In this document: piece after piece, positions 46,600-58,563 of the stretch
How the letters are laid out: each line of letters opens with the position of its first letter
Numbering within the stretch: position 1 is the stretch's first letter
NCBI GenBank assembly: GCA_028534125.1
Contig: CM052817.1
Span: 102,302,001 to 102,366,000, forward strand
DNA length: 64,000 bases
DNA from: Lama glama
Lineage: Eukaryota
Direction of reading: 5' to 3'
Program-made: the position numbers and the translations under genes
Notes under the pieces: generated by a model
The model's input: the letters and a program-made list of their open reading frames with translations, nothing else
Database searches by the model: none
Told to the model about the DNA's origin: nothing

Positions 46600-48014
46600 A
46601 GCAGCCCATGATCTTCTTTCGTATTCATCATTTATACTGCGCACCAAGAAGTAACTAAAAGAATAATTGCAGACAGTCAGTGTTCATAATTTCAGTTCCA
46701 TTGGATTGTGAAAAGTTTTAAATGAGGAAGAGGAATTTTCTACCCTTGTGGGAAAACTGAGGTGGACTAAAAACTTGTGTTTGAAAGTCCACTTTGAACC
46801 TCTATTTATTTATGTAAGATCCGTCACAGAAAATTCAACAGGATTTATTCATTAAATCGGTTTCTGTTACAATAAGTCAATGTTTCCTTATTTTGTAATC
46901 CACAGGGCCACTGAGTCAGGCTTTAAACTTGTAAGAAAAGAGAAGCAGTCCCAACCTCAAGTAGCTAGTGATCTGGCACCGGACACCTGCATGTTCAGAA
47001 TCTCACTCTACCCTGAAAAGCCACTGCTCTGCCAGGTAGCTAGACACGGGGAGCAGAGGTCCCAAGGGGACAGACATGGTCAAGTCTTCAGCATTGTTTC
47101 TTGAGGGTAACAGGCGAGGCAAGAAGCAGCATTTGCCTCCCGCACCTGGAAATTAAACCTATTGGCCTCCACTGGGTTTTTGTTTTCTACGTAGTCACAA
47201 CCAGAACTAAAATAGAAGCGGATTTCTCTTCTTTCTACTTCTCCCCATCAACTCACTGCTTCTCTTACTTCATATTCTCCATCTGCCCTGGGCAACCCTG
47301 GGACCCACGGTTCCCCTTCCCTCCTGTAGCATCACTGCCACTGACTTTCATAGAAACTGATCGTCCTGAAGCTCATCTTCCATCGCATCCAAGCAAAGGC
47401 TATTAACTTCTATCACGGAAATGCCATCCCTCTCTTAATTCCTCATCATATCCAGCTTCAGCTTTGACCTGGTTTCCTGGACATAAGTTCTGTCCCACCC
47501 CTACCTTTATTCTATTACTCTGCCTTCACATACATTGTCCTAAAAATAGAAAATTCTGACCAAGTTAGTTTCTTGATTAATGTTAACTCTTTGTTATCTA
47601 AGTGTTAGAATCCAAATTCCTTAGTTGGGAATGAAAATGGTTTGTTACTTGGTCCCAGCACTGTCTCCTGGCCACCCCCTCCTCCGCCTTCACTATACAT
47701 CTACATTTTTGTCACAGCGAATTGTTCCCTGTTCCAGGAAAGGGCAGGCCCTTTGTTAACAACATACGATACTCCCATTGTTAACAGCATCTTTCCCCCC
47801 ATCACCTTCTGACTAATTACTGTCCCTTTTCAATCCTTCCAGTTACTGCAATTTACCTGATATACACATCTTTCTCCTTCGCTAATAATTAGCTCTTATT
47901 CATCTTTGATTCCAGAATCATCAGTCTCTCAGAAAGGCTGATTTTCATAAACTTATAAGTATTGGATAATTAAATCCAGTGAGTATCAAGATCTTGGATA
48001 GATTTTTTTTTTTT

Positions 48015-48514
48015 NNNNNNNNNNNNNNNNNNNNNNNNNNNNNNNNNNNNNNNNNNNNNNNNNNNNNNNNNNNNNNNNNNNNNNNNNNNNNNNNNNNNNN
48101 NNNNNNNNNNNNNNNNNNNNNNNNNNNNNNNNNNNNNNNNNNNNNNNNNNNNNNNNNNNNNNNNNNNNNNNNNNNNNNNNNNNNNNNNNNNNNNNNNNNN
48201 NNNNNNNNNNNNNNNNNNNNNNNNNNNNNNNNNNNNNNNNNNNNNNNNNNNNNNNNNNNNNNNNNNNNNNNNNNNNNNNNNNNNNNNNNNNNNNNNNNNN
48301 NNNNNNNNNNNNNNNNNNNNNNNNNNNNNNNNNNNNNNNNNNNNNNNNNNNNNNNNNNNNNNNNNNNNNNNNNNNNNNNNNNNNNNNNNNNNNNNNNNNN
48401 NNNNNNNNNNNNNNNNNNNNNNNNNNNNNNNNNNNNNNNNNNNNNNNNNNNNNNNNNNNNNNNNNNNNNNNNNNNNNNNNNNNNNNNNNNNNNNNNNNNN
48501 NNNNNNNNNNNNNN
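48015..48514. other. Assembly gap (500 N)
   Basis: Run of exactly 500 N after a poly-T tract; separates FGB from the FGG contig. Confidence 0.99.
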
Positions 48515-49499
48515 AAACTGTTTACTAGGCCACCTGCCTGCTCCTGGCTTCATAGGGTGTGGAATTCCTAAAACGACCGCTCCACTACTCACTCTGTATT
48601 ATTGGATATATCATCCAACAGAACAGGTTCTGTCTCTATAATATTGTTTATTATTTTCTCATTTGAAAGCACTCTAAGGCCCATATAAATTGAGGAAGTC
48701 AAGTCCAACGGATTCCACTTTTGAGACAGGGAAGCCTCCGCCACCTGTAGGACTGGGACCCGTGGCAGGGACAGAGCCGTTCTCTCCTTGTCTGTCTGTT
48801 CTGTTAGCCTTAAGCTGAGGTCCAAGTTCTGTCCTCGGGCCCTTTTATTTTCACACCATATTTTTTTCCAGGAAAGTCTCATTGCCTTCCATCTACTCAA
48901 CATCCGTTCTCATTCCCAGAGCTCTGTCTCCAGCATTTCGATGCCACTACCCACTGGAGGCCTCACTACTGCTCAAGCTTAAAGCACTGGAAATTGGGCG
49001 CCTCTTCTCTCTTCTTGTTTTCCTGTTTCGGCGAATGGTCTCCCGTCTCCCCTTGTCCTCGGAGTTATTATCTTGGACCCTTCCCTCCCTTCCACCTCCT
49101 CCCAATTCAGTCCTTCCCTAAGTCTTTCTAGTCTATTTCTGGCAAGTGCCTGAATCTCTCCAAACTATTTCTTGAACACCTTCTGCATGCAAGGGCTTCT
49201 GCGGTGCGTTAAGGCATTAGACTGGGCACCTGTCTACTTCCATTCTTTTGGCAGCATTAAGGCAATACTCATAAAGCAGTACATACCAATAAATTGAATT
49301 ACCAGAAATCTAATCTTTAGCTTCAATAGAAGAAACTGATGCAGTTTTTTTTTATTATTCTTTGTGCCACAAGAAATGATTTCCCATGACTCCAGAATAA
49401 AATATAGCAAAGAGGAATTACGTGATCTTTGAAATTGCCAAGTAGGAATCAGGCCTCCTTACGGAAAGCAGGCATGATTACTCTTCCGCAAAGTGTGTG

Positions 49500-49635
49500 G
49501 CAGTGGTCCTCCTACTTTCCTATGCAGAGTAATCATCTGGGGAAGCTTGTTAATAAAACACAGATTCCTGTAGTCCCAGATAGTCTGATTCAGTAGATTT
49601 AGAAAGAGGCTGAGGAATCTGCATTTTTAAACAAA
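49500..49635. mobile_element. MER5-like hAT MITE fragment
   Basis: cagtggtcctc...atcatctggggaagcttgtt...ctgattcagtag...ggaatctgcattttt. Confidence 0.6.
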
Positions 49636-49664
49636 ATAAAACAAAAATCTAAGGAGTATTTTTA

Positions 49665-50064
49665 ATAACATTACTTAGCATTTTTTTAATTGACGTACAG
49701 TCAGTTACAACGTGTCAATCTCTGGCGCACAGCACAACGTCCCACTCATACATATACATACATATATTCATTTTCATATTCTTTTTTCATTATAAGTTAT
49801 TACAATATATTGAATATAGTTCCCTGTGCTATATAGAAGAAATTTGTTTTTTTATCTATTTTTATATAGAGTAGTTAATGTTTGCAAATCTCAAACTCCC
49901 AAATTTATCTCTTTGTACCCCTTTCTCCCCCAGTAACCACAAGACTGTTTACTATGTCTGCAAGTCTGTAGATGAGTTCATTAGTGTCCTCTTTTTTTTC
50001 TTTCTTTCTTTTAGATTCCACATGAGTGAAATCATATGGTATTTTTCTGTCTCTTTCTGGCTTA
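49665..50064 (-). mobile_element. 5'-truncated young L1 3' end
   Basis: Antisense copy of the same L1 3' UTR family. TSD CTAAGGAGTATTTTTA (49649-49664) / CTAAGGAGCATTTTTA (50065-50080). Confidence 0.88.
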
Positions 50065-50124
50065 CTAAGGAGCATTTTTAAGAAATAATCACTTAGAAAA
50101 AAGTAAACTTTCTTGGTTCATCGA

Positions 50125-50275
50125 TTGTACCAAACACGCCACACTGATGAGGGATGCTGAGGGTAAGGGAGTATATATGTGGGAGGGGCTGTGTGTGAAC
50201 TCTCTGTATTTTCAGCTCAATTCCACTGTGAACCTGAAACTGCTCTAAAAAAATTAAATCTATTAATAAAAAAAG
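50125..50275 (+). mobile_element. Old L1 (L1MC-like) 3' terminus
   Basis: gaactctctgtattttcagctcaatt...tgtgaacctgaaactgctctaaaaa. Confidence 0.65.
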
Positions 50276-51224
50276 TATACTTTCTATACTTAATAGAAAT
50301 TCTATAGAATTTTATACTTTCTATATACTTAACATAGAAATAAAATATTGTCCTTACACCATGAAATTTCTTTATCAACTACTCTGAAATTCATCACCTC
50401 AGCTGTGATATTTGATCCCACAATTCTCTTCCAACAGCTGAGTGTTTCCCAAAATTCTATCTTTCCAAGTCCATATCTTTGGTTTCCAGTTTTAGCTCAA
50501 GTTGAAATTTCAGTCTTGGTCAGTGTACCACCACAGGCTAGATCACTCATTCACACTTCACTACAGATGAGTGCTTAGGACCCTGTTCTTGGGAGAGCAG
50601 AGGGTAGGTAGGAAATCTTGAAAGGAGGAAGAAGGCCCCACACACCCTGGGCAGCTGGGCCAGGGCAGGAGGCGCCGGTGTGGCTCCACACAGCAGACGG
50701 GGTGGCCGTTGAAGGCTCACTGTAGCTGCACAAAGCGTAGTTGCAGAGAGGAGCGGGCTGGGGAGCTAGAAATCCTGCGAGAGCTTCCCAAGTGTTGGCT
50801 GTGACCCCTCTTCTTGGTCACAGTTTGGGTGCTCATATAAAATTTATTTTAATTAATTATAACAGGATTATGGTAATATCTTAAAATTGTATAGGATTCT
50901 GATGCCTCACTTCAGTTTAGAAGCTCTGGCTAGTAAGTTCCATCTGGCATGTTTTTGTAGAGAAGCTTAAATACAACAGCCTTGTATTTAACAAGATAGG
51001 AGATAGGAGTCCTGGGAGGTTTCGATGAGAAAAATGACACCATCACAGCCCCATGAAAGGGTACGGTCCCAACAGCAATGAGAAGATGGACTTCGTGGTG
51101 CTCTCGGGCTAACTTCCCCAGCATTCTTCTACTTTATGCTCACTCAGGGCTTTGTCAAATTTCTGACAAGCCCCTAATCAAAACAAAATGTATGTTGACT
51201 TCAAACCACCCACCCTCCAGGCGG

Positions 51225-51238
51225 CCTGCAGGGGGCAG
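51225..51238 (+). promoter_or_regulatory. Candidate CTCF-binding site
   Basis: CCTGCAGGGGGCAG versus consensus CCASYAGRKGGCRS (1 mismatch), ~7 kb upstream of FGG. Confidence 0.5.
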
Positions 51239-54200
51239 TCGTGAGCCGGCCAGGAGCTTTGGGACTTGCCCACCCTAACCCAGCAAAGTCCTGACGCCCT
51301 GCGGAGTGGTTCTCAGATCACCAGACCTCAGCCAGCACCTCCTGGAGCCTCCCTCGTGCTCCAAAGCCCTCTCTGCTCTTGTTCACAGCCTTTGTCACTA
51401 ATTGACGTTACATAATAAGCTATTTATCGCCTCTTTCTCTCCATTGGAGTGTAAACTTCTTAAGAGCAGGGATTTTGTTTGTTTTGTTCACTGCTGGGCA
51501 AGGTGGGCCTGGAAAGCAGTACGTGCTCACTAAGTATGTGATCTGAGTAGTGACTGGAGGAGCTCAGAGCGAAGTGTTGAGCGGCCCTCTAACCACATCT
51601 GATTAAGCATGGCTTCAGGCATTTTCCTAGGATAATTCTGCAAAGTCCGTGTGTCAGAGCTAGAGGCAGTCTACCATATGAGGAGGAGATGAGGAGGGTG
51701 TGGGGAAGGGGCCTTCCACACCCAGATGGTGTACAATTAAATATCGATGAAGTGCTAATGGAGAATTCACCTAGTATAGCACATAGGGTGAGACCTGCAG
51801 GAGGTGCGGAAGTGAACCTGTCGGATGGTTTTCTGACCTCGAAGGATGTGCGGTTAGGCAATTGGTTTCCCGGATCTTGGTCAATGGGATTTCCTCGGTC
51901 TTGTTTATAAAATATGAAACATGATGTTCTGAATTCTGACCGATTTTGTTCCCTAACGGGTAGGCTTGTCCTAGTGAGCCCTGCAGGCAGGCTGTTCTTC
52001 AGTTACCTGCTGACACAGTTGTTATCACACAAGAGTATGCTTTACACTCTGGTCTTCCTTGCAAAACATTCAGTAAATATTTGGACTTTTACAAACCGTA
52101 TCTTTGTTTACCGGAGCAGAGGTCACTGCTCCATCACTCAAGGTAAAGCATACAGAGCCTCTATGCTTGAAGAGGGGTAGCAACACATGTCCCTTGCAGG
52201 GACGCAGCAAGGGCCTTCACGGTGCTGATAAGAAGTTAGCCTTTACACACAGTATCTTCTTTTCTTTACACCCAGTGTCTAACTTTGAGTGGAAAGGACT
52301 AAGTTGTGACCACCGTAAACTAGTATACTAACCCAAGTAGTTAGAATTTAAAACAGAGATACAAGCCTTATAAATGTTTATTTGCCCTCATTCAAGATTG
52401 AAGGTTAGAGTAAACGTGGGCATTAAGCAGGATAAGATGAATCACTGTGTTGATCTGACAGCATTTTCTATTCCTCTTACCTTCCCTCCTTCTTTGGAAA
52501 CATGTAATTTTCCCAGATAATTTCCAGAGATAATTTATGGGACAAAATGATCAGAATTTCTCAAACAGGAAGAATAAAAATTAGTGGTGAATATTCTGTC
52601 ATGGGGAAAGGGATCTCAAATTGCAAACTTCATGAAGATAGAAACATACAAACCAGGAAGTCAGTAACAGACCAGTTTGGCACAGCAAGCACTTAAATCT
52701 AACTTCTCCATTCCAATTTCCAATCTGTGTCCTCAACCCCCTGCCAGTATTTAAAATGGCTGATTCTTGGCCATTTGGGGCTCTGGCTGTAATTCTGACT
52801 AGGATGGTCCTTCTGTCTTTAGGCACTCAGTTGTTTAATTTCCTAAATCCTATTCATAGCACTTTTTGAACAACCCTGCCCCTCAGCCAGATGTACCAAT
52901 GGATACACCCAGTGAAGCTTTGCGAAGTCAAGAAGCTCAGGACCCAGGTGCTGCCCTGCCTCCAGGGGCAACTCCATATTACGTGCCCCATGTGGTTTTT
53001 CTGTCTTTGATTTACATAGTGAAACTGAAAACACAGTGTTCACAGACCATCAGGAAAACATTTTCAGTTTCACTTTCCCTGGACTCTTTTTATGAACAAA
53101 GCAAATATTCTAACAGACATCTTTGTTTCCCTTAGTGGGATATTTTTACTATTAGGTTGGATTGATTTTCAACAGTGTCAACAGGTCATTTTCTTTCTGC
53201 CTATTTTGAAAAAATCCAATTCTGAGGAGTTAGGCTATAAATTTAGCTTAGATCTAGACATGGTTTAGTTATTAGAAAAATAGACATATCACACTTAGCA
53301 TTGATTCGAGCTTCCTTGGACCACCCTACTGATGTATCTTCCTTTCAGCTACTGAGAGAATCCAATTCATCAGGTCCTGTTGAACCTGAACCATGTCGTC
53401 AGTACTGAAAAAATACCTTCCATCTAAAACTGGACTGAAAACACAAGCCTTATAAAACAACTAAAATTCAGGTTTGAGAAAGACTGTGACAGCCAACCTT
53501 GTTTCTAATCCAGAGAAGAAGACAGATAAGCAGATTAGATAGGTAAGTTAGATGTAAAGATATGTTCATACGCATACAGACACACACACGTATCCATACA
53601 CACAGTATTTTTTTAAATCTGCATAAACTCCACTAGGAACCCGTTCCATCAGTGAATAGCTTTGATTCTCATAATAACATCTTGTATCTGTAGATCACCT
53701 TAGATTAAGAAGTGCTTCGTGATTGTATCTACAGTCATGGTTAGAGTTCAGGCGTTGGGCTCATGGGTTTGGAACCCTATTCTGGCACCATGCCTTGTAT
53801 CACCATCACCTCTCAAAGACTCTCTTTCTTCATTCATAACATACAGAGAATCAAATTTCCCTCCTAGCCTTTTGTGAGGATTAAATGAGAGAAAAAATAA
53901 AACAGCATCAACGAAACTACAGCAGGACATCAAACATTAAGAAGATGCTCAAAATCATTGGCTCTTTCTGTTACTCCTCAGGCCTGTATCATTTGCCACA
54001 GGTCAGGTAGTCTTAAATTAACTCTCCACAATCAAATTCAAATTCAGCAAACAGACTTGTGAGCAGAAAAAGGGCTCAATATACATGAAGACTGTTAACA
54101 ATAGATGTTACATTTTTTAAATCAGAACACAAAGAGGCAATTTGGGAAATTATTTCCATAAGCAAGCCCCTTGACCTCTGAATTAAATAAAGTGATTATT

Positions 54201-55479
54201 TTGGCTGAAATATTGCCTATTCTATCTTCTTAGAAAACCAACTTGGAAGTGAAGGAAAATTTGATTTAAGAAACACTCTTCTTTCCTGGAATTCATTAAT
54301 CATTTATAATTTTTCAGAGAAAAAAATTGCTCCAAGCATGGAAGAGAACAACTAGTGAAAATTTAACAAGCCTAAGTAACTGACAGCCAGGCCAGTCCAG
54401 GTCCCTAAGCCACTGCTGGCTATTTTCTGTCAGAGAGCATCTTATCTGATCGGATTCTAATTTAGGACTTACGATTGTGGTAAAAAAAAAAATCTTTTCT
54501 CTAAAATTGTGATAACACATCTTAAATTCTAATGGAAGTCAGCAAAAGCCCAGAATACACTACACTTCTAAAACTGGATAACATAGAATTTCTGATTTCC
54601 TCAGTTTAAGTGTTTATCAACCTTGTGCATATGAAATTATATTATATATTATATATTATATATACATACATATATAAGATTTGACATAAAGTTATGAACT
54701 GTCAACTGAAATTCAATAAATCAATACTTTATGCTTTTCAGCAAAAAGAACTACAGTAACAAAATGCTCCTGTCTGACATGCTTACTGTTAGCAAGTATA
54801 TATTTTCATAAGGCGAGCAGTCTAGTTCTATTATCATTTCATCTTTGATGAGTGGAGTTAATTTAGGTGGCATTTCCACCTAAACTAGACAACAAGATGC
54901 TCTCTCCTCTGGGGAGCATGGCAGAATCAGCTTGCTGTTAGTTGCAATGGATCATGTATTAAGGAGCACTTTCTACTCCTGGAACAACAGAGCTTGATCC
55001 CCATGAGCTAAACCTGCCCGTAATGGTCCCCCTCTTACAATTCTTTGAAATGAAATACCTATTTATACAAGTACCAATTGTCACTTTAAAGCATCTGCTA
55101 ATTCATAAGCCTTATGAACATTTACTGAATACTCTCTGTGGGTCAGGAAATATGCTCGATACATTATTTCATTCATTCCTGGTACCAGTCTTATGAAGGA
55201 GGTACTATGTTATAAATATTATTTCTATTTTACCAACATGATATTAAAACTCAGAGAAGTTAAGTAACTTGTACTAAGAGACTCAGTAAGTTGTAGAGAT
55301 GAGATTGATACCCAGGCACATGGACTCCAGAGATCTTAGCAATTACTTAGGCATATGTTTCCCAGCTGGGCTATACTCACCTAAAAGGCAATGCCTTTTA
55401 TATTCAAATAAGAAATAATCAAGAAATAATTACTAGTAAAACAAATAAATTATTGTGATCAAAAGTTTCATATTTTAAT

Positions 55480-56660
55480 TTGTATAAGGGTAGGTAACAT
55501 GTGCATATATTCAAAATTCTACAGATACAGACTATACAGAGAAAATGAAGCCTTTTCCCCAACCTTGTCTTTCAACCTCCCACCCACACCTCTCCACAGA
55601 GGAAAACACCAGTAGACTTCTATTGTATGTGATCTTGAAATGTTTAATGTGTATGCCAACACGTACGTATATACATTCTGTTGTCTCTTTGAATTATGCT
55701 TTTGATTTTTGTATATAATGGTTTTGAGGGGGTTGTTTTGTCAGCTGGGAAGAAATAATTTTATGTGTCAAAATTCATTAGTTTCTTCTGGGGTTTTGTG
55801 TCATATGTAGATAGACCCTCCATACTCAAGTATTATGAATGATTTCTATCATGTTTTCTTCTAGTGTTTTTGCGGTTTCTTTTCTGATATTCAAATATTT
55901 GTTCAAACTGAACTTGTTTTGGCATAAAAAGTTAGGTATGCATGCCACTTATTTTTTTTCACCCCAGATAGCTTCTCAAACTGTTTCCAACTAATGCCAC
56001 ATATTGAATAATTTTTTTCCATCATCCCTGATCTGCGATGCCAACTTGATCACACTAAACACAAAAATATATTAAGGTCTATATCTTAATAATGTTTATT
56101 TTTCTACCTACTATGAACCAGTATTCTGTTGTTTAAAAAGTTATGGATTTCTAATATTTTAATATTTGGGAAATTTTTTCCCTCATTTTCCTTCTTCTTG
56201 TTTAGAATTTGCCAAGATAATTTTCTCTTCTTTATATTGGAGCTTTAGAAACAGCTTATGTAATTCTTAAAAAAAAGAAAGAAGGAGAAAGAAGAAAAAA
56301 TATTTTTCATATTTTTGTTGGAATGTCAATATAGTCCTGAAGTATCATGGAAATAATTGGCATTTTTATTGATTCTTTTTATTTAGAAATTGAGTGTGAT
56401 TTTTATCTTTTCCAGTTCTTATATTAGATCTTGATAGCATTGTTTGGAATTTTTAATAGTATCAATCCTGCCTATTTCTTGTTAAATTTTTCCTTAGATA
56501 TTTTATCTAGTTGTGTGCATGTGTTTGAAGTTATAAGTGCAATTTTTTTCTTCCATTATATATTTTAGCTGGTTGTTGCTTTTATAGAAGATAGCTATTG
56601 ATTTTTAACTAGTAATTTTTACACACCCACCTTACCAATAACTACTTTCTGATTGATTAT
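55480..56660 (-). mobile_element. Degraded old L1 (L1ME-like)
   Basis: T-rich antisense L1-like tracts (atttcttgttaaattt, gctattgattttt). Confidence 0.6.
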
Positions 56661-57044
56661 TCATTTACCTCTACATAATTACCCTTGCTGAAGTCTTTTT
56701 TTTTTTTGTCTTTTTTGCAACTTGGAAGTTTTGAGAGCAATTAGAAATGTAAACTTTAAAGGCTTACTTCCAGCCCAGCTCCATTCAGTGCCATCAAACC
56801 ATTGTAGTGTCACATATTGCGAAATAAGTTTACCTTCTAACGAGGAGGATGAAGCATGGGCATATATAATACGAGGTCACTGCAGATGTTATGGAGGAGG
56901 TAAAGCTGGCTGCCTGAGTTCTGGTTTTGGAGGAAGTAGGAATCATGTAACAAGACCTTAAGGTTGTGTAGGATTCTGACAGCCACAGATGCAGGCATGT
57001 GTGTGAAGACAATCCAGGTGGAGGAAGCAGCATAAAAGGAAAAA

Positions 57045-57555
57045 CACAAGGGGATGGGAAGGGATAAATTGGGAATTTGATATTTGCAGATACTAACTCC
57101 TATATATACAAAATAAATAAACAGCAAGGTCCTACTGTATAGCACAGAGAATTATATTCAGTATCTTGTAGTAACCTGTAATGGAAAAGAATATGAAAAC
57201 AAATACATGTATGTATATGTATGACTAAAACATTGTGCTGTACACCAGAAATTGACACATTGTAACTGACTGTACTTCAATTAAAAAATAAATAAGTCAG
57301 TCCTGGGTTGTAACATACAGCATGGTAATTATAATTAATAATATTGTTTTGCATATTTTAAAGTTACTAAAAGAGTAGATTTTAATAGTTCACATCACAA
57401 GAAAAAAAAGTATTTTATAACTGTGTGTGGTGACAGGTGTTAACTAGATGTGTTGTAGTGATCACTGTTTAATACATAGAACTATCAAATCATTATGTTG
57501 TACATTTGAAACTAACACACTGTTATATGTCAAGTGTATTTCAATTAAAAAAAAA
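57045..57555 (+). mobile_element. Two adjacent L1 3' ends (young family 57045-57290, L1MA-like 57291-57555)
   Basis: The first shares tgtacaccagaaattgacacattgtaactgac with the other young copies. The second has tacagcatgg...aagagtagattt...catcacaagaaaa. Confidence 0.8.
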
Positions 57556-57969
57556 GCAAATGGTCAACACAGAGGGGCAGGGGTATATTTCCAGTGTCAT
57601 TCATTCCCGGCAATCCTGACTTAGACCTGGTAGAAGGCAATGTTTTCACCTGCCACAGCCACAGGTTAAAAATAATGATGTTGCCTCATCCCTGGCCTAA
57701 GAAAGGACTTGCGGTAATTTGGGTAATTTGGGTAATTTGGGTTACAGCACCAGGCTCCATCTTAAGGTTGGGGCGGGTTTGTTCTGGTCGAGGTCAGCTG
57801 GCTGTGTTTGCTCCCCAGTCCCTGTCCTGGAAGTGGTTGCATCACACAGCCTCCCACGCGCCCCTCCCTCCTCATAGCCATGGCTAATCTTCACTAGCCT
57901 TTGCTGATGGATTTGACTTCGAGGAGAAAGGTTGAGCTGAGCCAAAGAGGAGGAGCTGATACCTGTGTG

Positions 57970-58115
57970 CAAAATCTGGGAACCTGACGGAACATTGGTT
58001 GGGGGCCAAGATGAGGAAAAAGAGCCAGGAAGGACATCCCGCCCTCCTGGGAAGAAGGCCACGTGATCAGCCCCAGCCACTGGCAGTCCTGCCATCCTCT
58101 GGGCTTAAATAAAGG
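57970..58115 (+). promoter_or_regulatory. FGG proximal promoter
   Basis: Two CTGGGAA IL-6 elements (57976-57982, 58047-58053), reverse CCAAT (ATTGG 57994-57998), USF E-box CACGTG (58060-58065) and TATA-like TTAAATAAA (58105-58113). Confidence 0.8.
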
Positions 58116-58183
58116 GACAGTAGGAACCCAAGAGGCCACAGTTCTGACATACAGGGCTCGGAGCACCGGGCACCCCCGACATC

Positions 58184-58531
58184 ATGAGTCTGTCCTCGCA
58201 CCCCCAGAGTTTAGTCCTCTGGTTCTGCACTCTTTCATTGCTCTCTTCAACATGCCTGGCAGTAAGTGTGCTGTTTACAGAACGTATTTGTTGCCAATGG
58301 AAAGCTGAAATTTAAGAAAAGATACAATAAACCAGTGACATGTCTGTGTTTTCCTCCTCTAGTATGTCGCTACCCGGGACAACTGCTGCATCTTAGATGA
58401 AAGATTTGTAAGTCGTTTTTTTGTTCGTTTCTGGCTGTGTTTGAACTGGACAGGGGTGGAGGAATAAAAGGAATTCTCTAGCAAAGACCATTTGGCATTT
58501 TAGACATTAAAAAAAAACAGTCCAGGTTTTA

Positions 58532-58563
<32 letters not shown>

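Noticed and set aside
47945..48641. 215-220 aa ORFs
   Set aside because: Artefacts of reading through the second 500-N gap.
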